DNA of 63,422 nt, counting the filler, from Globobulimina sp. (lineage: Eukaryota), in assembly GCA_003354225.1 (NCBI GenBank). It is 21 parts of 21 records of this genome, joined end to end, with 100 filler letters (N's around TTAATTAATTAA, not from the genome) between each part and the next. Parts side by side here need not be neighbours in the genome. Positions count along the whole stretch, not along the records: positions 21,184 to 24,108 come from PIVH01004340.1; positions 24,209 to 27,133 come from PIVH01004341.1; positions 27,234 to 30,158 come from PIVH01004342.1; positions 30,259 to 33,183 come from PIVH01004343.1; positions 33,284 to 36,208 come from PIVH01004344.1; 16 more parts are not named here. One strand, 5' to 3'. A program made the position numbers and the translations under genes. The notes below the pieces were generated by a model. The model did not search any database and was not told where the DNA came from. It worked only from the letters and a program-made list of their open reading frames with translations. Shown here piece after piece: positions 22,496-34,313 of the stretch (position 1 is the first letter of the stretch; each line of letters begins with the position of its first letter).

Positions 22496-22665
22496 TCCAT
22501 TTTGTGGGCTTTGACCATATGCGAAACAAGATTGCCCATTCTTTTGATCTGTTTATAGCAAGTAGGACAATGATAGATCTTTTTCGGTTGGTGAATATCT
22601 TTATTGTGGCGAACCATATTACCTTTCTGGGAAAATTCTTTTTCGCAGTTGCTACATTTAAACAT
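22267..22665 (-). CDS. Two-finger C2H2 zinc finger protein; 3' end runs into the tandem repeat
   Basis: FKCSNCEKEFSQKGNMVRHNKDIH and YHCPTCYKQIKRMGNLVSHMVKAH. Confidence 0.75.
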   Translation of the reverse strand: MFKCSNCEKEFSQKGNMVRHNKDIHQPKKIYHCPTCYKQIKRMGNLVSHMVKAHKMDRPIAYKLAKPTIPVDPVDQVNNFYNLQLLIPLHLRAKILTKWTKSDQTNVNRTKLLDPLHTSWPNQRFLSILLIR

Positions 22666-24362
22666 TTTAAAACGTTTTAACAACTCTTAGACACTACAAG
22701 AGGGGTAAAAGAGGCAAAATAAGTTATGTGGTAAAACATCTGCCTCCGCGTCAGTCTTCGAGCCCCCTACTGTGATGCATCTGCACTGCATTTAATTTGG
22801 TCCATAATTTTGTAACTATTGTTTGAGGGAGGCATACAATTGGTCTCTAACCAACTAGGGTCGATCACTGGGATCGTATACTATTAAATTACATCTTACT
22901 CTCAACTAGAGTGGTTGTTAGTCATGCATTCTCAAAAAATTGTACATTATACCATGTATTTTGCTGCCAATCGTTTGCTTTCTGGGTGGAGGGTGCTTTA
23001 CATATAACTTTTTCAATACTTCTTGTAACATTACAAGTTATAACCATGGCATTAAATGGCAGGCACCTATTTCTTATCAACTCGTTGCAGAGTTTACTGT
23101 CTATCGGCGAAGGTCGCAGAGTGGTTCGGACCTCTCTCGAAGTACTAATTTGGTCGTTTTGGTTTTGACATGGCCATTATCAATCGACTATGACTTAAAT
23201 GAATGTCAAATTAAAATGTGTTGTTAAAATACTTGTTTTCTTTGCCGACTACTCAGATGTTATAAAACGTTTATTAACCTTGGCACACTTATTCGAGGAT
23301 AAAAACATAGGGAAAGTTTTACAATAGAAGAGTGGCACTTATTTTAATGAACAAACAACGAAAACAAACTATCCGAAGTAGATATTACTGCAAAAGGATA
23401 ACCATTAGCTAGCACTTCCGCAGTAATATCAGTAAAACACACATATACATCTAATAAACAGAACAAAAAGCATTAACGAAAGCATCCAAACGATAAGATT
23501 TTGCAATTTTCTTGTAAAAACAAGTGAGATCTTTGCGAATATGTGATATTTCACGCACAAATATAGCTAATAGTATGTAAAAGTGGAGCAAAAGTTTTGG
23601 TTTTACTGTAGAACTATGCATAAAATAAAGAAACCTTCAACAATTTGTTTATTTTTGACAAAAATATTCTCCTTTTTACTCAAAAGCAACGGTATTTTAC
23701 AAAATTGTAGTCTTAAAATTTTAGTTTTCTTGTAAAAACCATCCGAAAATGCAAATTTTTCGCACAATTTAACATTTTCACTCACATTCAGGCAGAAATG
23801 TACAATAAAAGCGCAAATTTCGCAGAAGTTTACATTTATTATGTAAAATTGTGACAAAAAACAACAAAGTTTCATGAAATATGACATATTTAAAACAAAA
23901 TTGTAACTTTCTCCATAACTTTTTCAATATTTTCTGCAAACGTTTCAGTTTTAAGTCAATGTTCTACAATTTCTAGCATATTTTTGCAAATTTGTGATAA
24001 ATAAACGACGTTTTTAGATTTTTCGTTGACAAAAATTGACAAAATTCGTTGTTTTAGTGAATAAATCATCACATATGAGGATTCTCATGCATTAATCCTC
24101 GTATATAANNNNNNNNNNNNNNNNNNNNNNNNNNNNNNNNNNNNNNNNNNNNTTAATTAATTAANNNNNNNNNNNNNNNNNNNNNNNNNNNNNNNNNNNN
24201 NNNNNNNNGCAATGATGCCCCACAACAAAGCAATCCGGATCCACCATAAATACTGAGGTATCTTAAAATTCGTGCAAAAGATTTGGATTCCATTGCTAGA
24301 TTGAACTGTTTATGGCCGATGAGGCGATGACTTAGTAGCGATAAAGGAGACGAAACTTGACA

Positions 24363-24396
24363 ATGAGGTGATTTTAAGATTTTCTTGAAGTGAGCT
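24363..24396 (+). mobile_element. Remnant of the terminal inverted repeat found at 63252-63422
   Basis: ttaagattttcttgaagtgagct (24374-24396) is the exact reverse complement of 63252-63274; preceded by atgaggtga, also in that TIR. Confidence 0.7.
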
Positions 24397-24440
24397 CTCG
24401 TTATTTGAAACTTTCACATCGAGGAAACAGGTTTAGTACA

Positions 24441-25523
24441 ATGACAGATTCAATTCCTCACAGAAGTCCAGATTGGGTTCCACCGCAGCTTAGTATTGGT
24501 ATCATTGAATGCATTGTATGCCTTAGCTCTCTATGTTATTCGTTATATGTTTATCATACATATCGTATTGTGACTCGTATTAAAACTAATCAATTACCCA
24601 AAACATTAAAATTTCTTAATTTATTTGGTGTTTTATCATTTTTATCATGCTCAATATCACAAAGTATCAATGTATATTATTATAATACGATATATTGGAA
24701 ATATACCAAAATTCAAACGATGACATGGTATTTTACGTGGTTTTTTTGGAGTTTTGGACAATTTATATCTTACTCGTTATTTTTAAATCGGATTAAAATG
24801 GCATTTAAAAATTCTGCGTATGAACCAACAAAATACACAATTTATGGATTACAGTTATTATTAACCATATATATCATCATATGGACAATAGCAAATTTTA
24901 TACCATTTGCATTGTATACACCATATGATATAACATTGAATGAGATATTAGAAATTGAATTTTATTTTTCTTTCCCCGTTGCCGCTGTTGATATATTGGT
25001 TACAATATCAATGACATATATATTTGTATCACGATTATACCAATTAATTTTAGCACAAACTACCAGTAATTATGATGAAAGAATGAGCATTTCATCACCA
25101 TCCACTCCGTCAATATCATCTGATTATTCTGATAAATCCAAACCATTGTTATTAAATAAACAGCATAAAAAAATGATTAAAGTATCAGTCAAAATAACTG
25201 TATTAAGTGTAACTTCTTTATTTTCATCATTGATATTAATAACACTTCGTGGAATATCAAATTTTATGACATATCAAACTGTTTTGGGCAAATGTAATGC
25301 GATCTGGTTGCAAATTGATACAATGATAAGTTGTGTATGTTTGGTATTATTTTTACCAAAATCTGAAAGAGCATTCAAAATATTTTGCTGTTGTTGCAGA
25401 GCCATTTTATACTCAATCATGAAAAAATCTGTTTCCAGATCAACCATAGAATTAAGCAAAAAAAGATATAATAAGCAAAATGCAAACTTATATGATAATG
25501 ATGTTTATGAGGATTCCATATGA
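24441..25523 (+). CDS. Divergent 7TM GPCR-like protein
   Basis: Seven hydrophobic segments, LFLNRI after TM3, IDTMISCVCLVLF in TM7, FCCCC juxtamembrane cluster. Confidence 0.75.
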   Translation: MTDSIPHRSPDWVPPQLSIGIIECIVCLSSLCYSLYVYHTYRIVTRIKTNQLPKTLKFLNLFGVLSFLSCSISQSINVYYYNTIYWKYTKIQTMTWYFTWFFWSFGQFISYSLFLNRIKMAFKNSAYEPTKYTIYGLQLLLTIYIIIWTIANFIPFALYTPYDITLNEILEIEFYFSFPVAAVDILVTISMTYIFVSRLYQLILAQTTSNYDERMSISSPSTPSISSDYSDKSKPLLLNKQHKKMIKVSVKITVLSVTSLFSSLILITLRGISNFMTYQTVLGKCNAIWLQIDTMISCVCLVLFLPKSERAFKIFCCCCRAILYSIMKKSVSRSTIELSKKRYNKQNANLYDNDVYEDSI

Positions 25524-25637
25524 AAAAATAAAATTGATTGTTTGTACAGTGTGCATGTTACAATTTGTATTATAATGTAATTACAAAGTGTCACTTATAT
25601 CATTTTATTTTTTAATCAGTTTTCATTTTTAGTTGCA

Positions 25638-27133
25638 TCAATTAAAATATTGATTCATTATTGTATTTACTTTGTCATATATTTCATCAGAAACTTCTTG
25701 ATTTGATTGTAACCGTTTTAAATACGCCACACCTCCACTTTGTTCAACATATTTGACAAACTCATTTGGTTCACTCCTAAAATACTGTCTTTTTCCTGCA
25801 GCTAAAATATTTTCAATAGCTTCTAAAAGTACCAACATCACTTTAAAATCTGCTATTTGACAAAATATTTGTTTAAAAAATCCACACAATGCTTGTATAG
25901 CGCCGTGCTGTACTAAATATCTAATTTGTCGATCAGCACCCGATGTTGCATTCGATATAGTCCATAATGCTTCTTTTGCCACCTCATATTGGTCATTGTT
26001 TAAAATATGAATCAACGCTGGAAACACATTGCCTGCAATAACACATTCAATCTGCGCATTCGAACCAGCAGCAATATTTGATAAAGTCCAACATGTTTGA
26101 CGTCTAATCTCTGATTTGTCGTGTTTTAATAATTGATATAATTTCCCCACAACACCTAAATTTATAACATGCTGTGTATGTTGATCCGAACCTGTGACCA
26201 TATTACCAATAGTTTGCAATGCCGGAAGACAAATACCACTGTTTTCGTGAGTCAATAACTGCATTATTCGACTCAATATACCACTGTTTATAATTCGTTG
26301 ATGGTTTGTTGCTACAGATAAACCAAAGAATGTTCGACATGTATTTTGTAATGTTTCTGTATCAGTGCTTGTAATCATAACCTCCAACGCTTGCAGTGCT
26401 ATGTCAGCATACTTAGATTCAAGAGCTGGCTCACCACAAATGTTTCTTAACGTCCATGTTGCAGTTTGTAAAAAATCAATATCTTCCAATTCTCCCTGAG
26501 TTTCAAAATAATGCACTATACGCGAGCATAAAGAAGGAAATACATCATATGATAATATTAAATCTCTATATTCCGCACAATCGCGCGCAATGTTTCCCAA
26601 CGCATGAATTGAATATGTCAGTACTTCAACAGATATACTGGTTGGACATTGTAATGGTTTAATGCCATCCACTAAAAGTGGTATTGCTCCATTATCAATG
26701 ATATATTTAATAGCTTGTGATGTTTTGGATGATATATTTATTAATACCCATCGGCCTTCTTGTTGTAAGAGGTCATCAATCCAACAATCCATGCTACAAA
26801 TTGTTGAAAGGTAATTGATTATTCCAGCTGGTATTTCAAAATTGAAATGGAATTCACGCACATATCCAGCGAATAGCATTTCAAAGTTATAATTATTATT
26901 TTCCAATAATTTCAGGATTTGAGCAACAACGCCACTGTCAATGACATGCTTAAATGTTGTATAATGTGCACTTATTTTTCTAATGTTTCTGATGGATTGT
27001 AATGGATAATCAGAATAACAACCATTAATTGCCCATTGTGGTAATTTATCCAATTGAAGTTCAAAGATTGTGATTAAGCGACCGATTTTTTGCAAACATC
27101 TAAGCGACATACTTCGCAGTGCAGACTGAAAAC
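25638..27133 (-). CDS. Importin-alpha-like armadillo repeat protein (5'-partial)
   Basis: ALGNIARD, ATWTLRNIC, PALQTIGNMVTGSD, CWTLSNIAAG, KEALWTISNATSG, LEAIENIL. Confidence 0.92.
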
Positions 27134-27434
27134 NNNNNNNNNNNNNNNNNNNNNNNNNNNNNNNNNNNNNNNNNNNNTTAATTAATTAANNNNNNNNNNN
27201 NNNNNNNNNNNNNNNNNNNNNNNNNNNNNNNNNATCATTTTTAACAAAGAAACCGAATAAAAAAGTTTGAATGTTATAGCACCAATAAATCCCGAGATAT
27301 CGCATTTCAGCTTTTTTAAAGTTTGGATTTATTATAATAAGTATATATATTAATTTTTGTTGCATTTTGTTCAGTTTTTTTTAGTATGACGCCATGCTTT
27401 GAACTTTGAAAGAGAATTGTTTTGAACTAATATC

Positions 27435-29807
27435 ATGTCAACAACAGAAGCTAACAACAGAACTTCATTGAAGAGAAAGTTGGAAGACTCAGAAGCAGAG
27501 TCCCCCAACGCCAAAAGACAACGTTTAAATGAAAATAAAAATGAAATTAATAATGAAAATAAAAATAATGAAACTAAACAAGAAGAAAAAATGGAACACC
27601 CCAATGATGAAAAACTACTACAATCAGCTGCGAATATTAATGAATCATCAAATAATCAAATATTAACAATCAATGACCATACACTCTCACCATTATCCGA
27701 GATACAATCAACAATGTTATTACATTTATTATCAAATCTACGAACAGAATTAAAAAATAAACATAACATTCCACATTTACATGATATATTTACAGACATT
27801 CAAATGTCTCAACTCTCAAAATATGCGCCAATATCATTGGATAACGTATCTCACTTTGACGGATTTGACGAACTAAAATTAAATAAATACGGCAATGATA
27901 TTGTTTCTGTCATCGACGAGTATCTAAATGCAAACTCATTACACACTCCATTCAATATTCTACCACAGCCACAAAGCAATACAGACACAAATGGAGAATT
28001 GCCCTTAAATCCAGACGTAAAAGAAGAGGAAATCGCTCCCAAAATAAAAAAAAAGAAACGATTTGTTGATTCAGATTCGGACTCCGATGATAATGATAAT
28101 GCAACGCCATCCAAAGCGAAATTTGTGTATGGACATAGTGTTGAGACCATTGGCAAAGAAATAAACGAAGAAGAAGAGGCTGTGGATGTGGATGAGGCAG
28201 AGGAGGAAGATAACGATGTAGATTTAGATGGATTTATAGTTGATGACGATAGCAATGATGAAGAAGACGAAGACATCGATCACCAAATGATAACACGGAT
28301 ATTAACCCGCAACCATACCTTTACACAGTTGAGATATTGCCATTGGTGTCAATTTGTGCAAGGATATACTTTTATAATTACATAGGAGAGATTTGGAGGA
28401 GGAGGAGGAGGAAGAAGAGGAGGATGAGGATGAGGAAGATGATGTATATGAAGATTATAATGACGCACTCGCAATAAATGATAATTATAATTTGGAGGAA
28501 GAGGAAGAGGAGGAATTGGATGATGATGGTGAAGATATTGAAAATTCAGATGGTGAGTCCATTAATTCCATTGATGCGGAGATAGAAAAAGAGATTTATG
28601 GCCGGGATGATACCTCTTTGGCGGATTTAACATTTATCAATGCCATAAAACGCAAGTCGTTGATTGATATGATTAAAATATTTGAGCAGGGAATAGATAT
28701 TAAAGAGACTTGTTTTTTTACCCATTTTGGAGGTTTCGTTAAAGCATTTAATGAGAAATCGACTAAAGCATTGCGATTGTTGTACCATTTGCTTCCGTTG
28801 GGATTTACTGATCAGAAATTTAAACGCAACCAGAATGAGATTGGACTGTATGATCCTGTGCTGTTTGAATTGATTGAAAAACAGCATGTCAATGACATTC
28901 CTGTCGATAAAGAACTGTATCCCGTATGTGCTTGTTATGTTTTTTATGTGTTTCTATGCGTTTTTCATATATATAGCAAGAATACGAGTTTTTGCAGTGT
29001 TTGGAAAATGAAGAATGGCATCGTATGCCGGCCATTTTAGAAGATGGTGTTTCGGCGACTACGATACCAAAATTCTTTATGTTGATGGAAGAATTCAGAA
29101 TGACAATTATTAAGAAATGGTTTGAAGCGATTACCTATCAAAACATTGAAATCATCCGCGAATATCATAATTTATTTGGTATAGACATCGATCATCAGAT
29201 TCCGCGGAAATTAATCAAACAAATCTTGGAAACGGAAGATGAACACTTGGACGGTGCCAATGGACTAATCATAGCTTCCTTAGTTGGCTCATTGCAAATT
29301 GTTCGATATTTTGTGGAGAATGGAGCCGATATTGAATATAAATTAAAATTTGGTAATGAAACTGCTTTAATATATGCCACACAAAGGGGGAATCTGTCGG
29401 TGGTTAAATATTTGTTGGATGTGGGTGCGAATATAAATGCGATCACTATGCAATCGGAAGCATACTCAGACACGCCGTGTCCAGTTGCGTTTGAAGCAGT
29501 GATTCATGGAAAAGAAGAGGTATTGGAATATTTAGCATATTATGGTGCGGATTTATATTTAATTGGACCGAACAATATGAGCGGAGAGACAGTGAGTGTG
29601 ATGAAGTTGTGTTTGATGGAGGAGAATGAAGAAATAACTCTTGCGATAAAAAATGGATTAAACAAACGATTTTCGTTAATTAAGCAATGTTTATCGACCC
29701 ATTTCCTCTCCGGTATGGATATTGTGAATAATATTGCGTTTCTTATTTGCGATGACTTTTTGAATGCAATGCAGAAAGAGTTCCTTAAGTCTGGTTGTGA
29801 CATTTAA
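27435..29807 (+). CDS. HRDC domain + acidic tract + ankyrin repeat protein; introns 28328-28385 and 28924-28976
   Basis: HRDC-like LRTELKNKHNIP..IFTD....LSKYAPIS....FDGFDELKLNKYGNDIV; ankyrins ETALIYATQRGNLSVVKYLLDVGANIN; both GT-AG introns join three ORFs in frame. Confidence 0.8.
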
Positions 29808-30502
29808 CAAATATTGCATAGCATTGTGTGTAGTTCCAACACTCCCAACTGAACCATTCTTATGACGTGTTTCAATGAACGAGAATTATATTTCAGAGAA
29901 CAGCATAAAGTTACAACAAAAGTATATAACAGTTGTTCAATTCTCAGACAGTTGTTTTACGATATGAGAGCCCAAGAAACCATTCCCGCCAATAACTGCA
30001 CAAAGTAAACTCCTAAATTTTTCATCGATTTCTCAATTCTTGCTCGCTGTTTCTTATTTTGATTGCTGTTTGCTTATGTCTTGTTTTTTATTATTTGTTG
30101 ATTGTCGGATAAAATTAGAAATAAGTTACTTGTTAACACATTTATGGGTACACCAATTNNNNNNNNNNNNNNNNNNNNNNNNNNNNNNNNNNNNNNNNNN
30201 NNTTAATTAATTAANNNNNNNNNNNNNNNNNNNNNNNNNNNNNNNNNNNNNNNNNNNNATCCAAGGATTGGGAAAAAAATCTCACATTAATTTTGTCAAA
30301 AATTGCGAAAAAATTTAAATTTATTGCTAATTAACAATCAATTAACAATCAATGACAAAGTTATTGACAAAACAAATGCGGTGAAGTTTGGTGAATTGTT
30401 ATCATCTGTTCCTCCAATTGCCATCATTAAAATTGTTAAGTGACACATAAATAAATATATATCAAATATGTATTTTCTCATTCAATTATTTAAATATATA
30501 CA

Positions 30503-33139
30503 GGAAGAACAAAAATTTATTATTATTATTCATTGTAACGATAAAACATTTGAATATAAACTAAAAGCAAACCTTAATGAATGGACTAACAATAATTATG
30601 TCGATCTGATTGCTTCAATTCGCAAACAATTTAACATAAATTCTGATTTTGATTTATATGAAGATCTTAAAGGTGATAATGATGATATTGTTGATATTGA
30701 CGATATGGATGATATTAAACATGCAATCACTGCAACCGGGCTTGACACAGACACTGACGGTGAAAATGATGACAATAAAGAAGCGCCCGGATTCTTGCCA
30801 TCCAGAAAACCGTTACATCTCTATGTCAAAGTCTATAACACTGTTAATGTTATACTCATACTCATATAACGTATTATTAATGCAATTAAAGCGTTAGTAA
30901 TGGTATCAAACGTTGAATAATATACAAACTGCAATTTGATATCATTACAAACGTTTTATTTGACAAACAACAAAAACAGAATGTTGCATATCATGCATAT
31001 GATGACATGAATGACTTCGAAGGTGATATTAAAGCTAATGAGTTTAAAGATATTATTAATGAGCTTAAGACTGAAATGTATGCAATCAAACAACAACTAA
31101 GTAATGTTAAACAAGCACAGAAACAATGTGCACATTCAGATAATGACGCAAACAAAAACCAAGACAATAAACAACAGCAAACATTCATTGGTCAATGTAA
31201 CAAATGTAATGAAAATATAAAATATTCTGAAAATGAATTATTTAATTTTAAATTGATAAATAATAAATGGCAACATATTGACTGTGGCTATTCACCAAAA
31301 GGTTTAAGTTTAATTAATAAAATTGATGTATGGAGTCCAATTAAATACAGTTTGATCCAATTAAATCAACGAAAAGCATCAATAGATATCGCATCGCCGG
31401 CAGGATGGCATAGTATATTCGGGCTAAACACTATAAAGCGCGGAGATGGTATTATAAAATGGACGGTAAAAATAAATAAGTTGACAAATAACAATTTTTA
31501 TATCGGAATAATTAATTCAACAAAAGTACGCCAATCATTGTCAGGTAATGGGCATACAAATGGTATAGCATTGAGGGGGGATGGTTATATTTATTGTTTT
31601 AAAGAACATTATGGCACTCCTTTTAAATGTAATCAAGATGATATTGTTTGTATTATATTAGATATTCAAAATAATATATTATTTTTTAAAGTGAATGATA
31701 TTGCTATTAATGTTCCTGTGAATGATTTAAATGTTGATTTAAAATCAATGAGTTGGAAATTATTTGCTTCATTATATAATCCAAGTGATGAGATTATGAT
31801 ATTAGACAATGATAATCCTTACGATGATCATAAAGATGAAAGTAAAGAAAATGAACTGAGTGCGCTTCGATGTAGTAACTGCAACAAACCTGTTACCAAA
31901 CGAGACAATGATATTTTTAATATCCAATGGTCAAACAAAGCGCAATGCCAACATGACGATTGCGGATTGAGTGTCTATCAAATTCCTAAATTAGACGCAT
32001 TATCCGCCAAAGATAAATTTAATAAATTAACAGCGTATAAAGCCTCGGTTACATTGAACAACGCAGCGGACGGATTTACTACAAACAAACAAAATGTACA
32101 TCAAACAGTATTTGGTGTGATAACCATTGCAAAAGGTATTAAAGAATGGAATATTCGAATTGATAATGGTTCTGCAAATATGTATATTGGTATTATTGAA
32201 ACTGGCAAACAGAATCTTGTCGCTCCAAATACTGTACCCAATGCTAACCAGGGCGTATATCACATTTCCTGGAATGGGAAAATTAGTGGAAACGGTGTGA
32301 ATTTGCAATCAAATTTATCATACACAAAGAATGATATTTTGAGTGTTGTGCTTGATTTAGATAACAATACATTGGGATTTGGTAAAAAGAATAAATTTGT
32401 GTTGGCGAATGGTGCTCAATTAAAAAATAAAGCATATAACTTATTTGTTTCAATGTATGCTAAGGATAATGGTGTCAGCATTGTGGATAATCGTAACGAA
32501 GAACAAAAATCAAATATTGGCGACAGAGGCAAAATATTATATAATTGCGGTTCTTGTAATAAAGGAGTATATGAGTTGGATTTTGAGATTAATAATACAA
32601 AGTATGATGCGAATGGTTGGGTTCATGTTGATTGCAGTTTTAGAATTGCAAATTTGTCACCAAATGCAAGAGATGAGTGGGACAGAAGAACCTCATGTAA
32701 TGGAAAATTTATTATTAATCGATATGATGCAACCTTGACAGGAACTGGTGGTTATAGTAATGTGTTTGGTATCATTACAATTAGCAGAAATACAAAACAA
32801 TGGAATGTCAAAGTGGATAAACAACAGTCGTATGTGTATATTGGCATTATTGATTCCACCAAATTACAAGGAAAGAAGACAGGACAGCCATCAGATTCTT
32901 ATTTTTTAGCAAACAATGGTTGTATTCAAGGCAGTGGTTTTAGTATTAACACTGCAGTTGGTTTCAAGACCGGTGATGTTGTGAATGTTATATTGGATTT
33001 GGAAAAGGGTGTGTTAAGTTTTGGTATCAATAATGCCAATTTTTCTTATGCAAAAGGTGCAATTATTAAAGGAAGATCATTTAATTTATTTTGTTGTATT
33101 TATAACTATGTAAATACAAAGGTTACAATTCAGCCTTAA
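30503..33139 (+). CDS. Protein with PB1-like N-terminal segment, coiled coil and three (CxxC..HxxC)-SPRY/B30.2 modules; intron 30831-30979; start uncertain
   Basis: Three repeats of W.VKI...YIGII...GDVV.VILDL..G.LSF; each preceded by CxxC...HxDC; phase-0 intron joins the ORFs. Confidence 0.75.
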
Positions 33140-33331
33140 ATATTATTAATTATTATGTTTGTAATACTTTGTACGTAAACTACNNNNNNNNNNNNNNNNN
33201 NNNNNNNNNNNNNNNNNNNNNNNNNNNTTAATTAATTAANNNNNNNNNNNNNNNNNNNNNNNNNNNNNNNNNNNNNNNNNNNNTATTTGGCATTTATTCA
33301 TCACAATGCATGATGGAAATCGAATTTCAGA

Positions 33332-33736
33332 ATGCCTTTCACTAAAGAAACTTCAAAAGCTGCACTCAAAAAACGATGGGAGGATGCAAATGCAGCAAGA
33401 AATGTTCGCAAAGAAGCAAGTAGCATAGCAGTGCAGATGAAACATCTTCAAAACTTAAATTATGATGATTTGAAAAAAATCTTTACTGGGGCTATAACAT
33501 TAAAGTCTCATCAAAATTATCCAGATCCACCTTTTGCTGAAATTAAAGCTGGAAAAGCAAGTACTGTTAGCAGCTGGGCAACAAAACCGACTTGGTGTGA
33601 CGGACCAACAGCAAGCCAAGCAGAGCAGGAAATTATTGCAAACTACGGATGTGGGCTTAAGGTGTTGAAAAAGAAAAGAGTCAAAAGAAAAAGATTTCAG
33701 TCGTCGCGCAATTTCAGACAGAAAAAACCAACATAA
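33332..33736 (+). CDS. Hypothetical basic protein
   Basis: 134-aa ATG ORF with NLS-like KKKRVKRKR. Confidence 0.45.
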   Translation: MPFTKETSKAALKKRWEDANAARNVRKEASSIAVQMKHLQNLNYDDLKKIFTGAITLKSHQNYPDPPFAEIKAGKASTVSSWATKPTWCDGPTASQAEQEIIANYGCGLKVLKKKRVKRKRFQSSRNFRQKKPT

Positions 33737-34313
33737 TCAATTTCATATTCATTGATATTGTTATTGTAATAATAGACCATTCCATAAAACCTATCTCTCT
33801 CTCTCCGTCTCCAAAGTCCAAATGCCATAACAACATAAATATCTATTTAAAAACAAGCACAATACAAAATTTGAGTGCAAGGATATTTTAACTGCGTGGT
33901 GCAATTAACTCTCGACAAACATGCTGAATCCATGCCAGATATTTTCCGATAAACCTACATAGTCTAAAACATATCTGTTCAAAATACATAAACAAAACAT
34001 AACATAAACATAAACATAAACAAAACATATCTGTTCAATTCAAACATTGACATGTCTTGACATTTCCATGGCAATGTGATCACTTTTTTCTTTGCGTTGT
34101 TCCTCGGTTCTTGTTTCTGTTCTTGTTCTTGCATCGATCGCGGAGGTTTGTTTTCATAATAGACTGACATATAAACATTCACAACAAATATGGGAGATCT
34201 GAGCGATGAAACAGAGGTCTGGGTACTAAACTTACACGCAAGACGGGATGAGGATGACTCGCGAGGTTTTCGTTTTATTTGTAAAGTAACATGTTTTTTT
34301 AATTTACATTTCA

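Noticed and set aside
24314-24360. Hammerhead-like core (CCGATGAG…CGAAAC)
   Set aside because: No stem II pairing between the motifs, and the core departs from CUGANGA
33960-34040. Direct repeat aaaacatatctgttcaa flanking an (aaacat)n tract
   Set aside because: Simple intergenic slippage repeat with no element hallmarks
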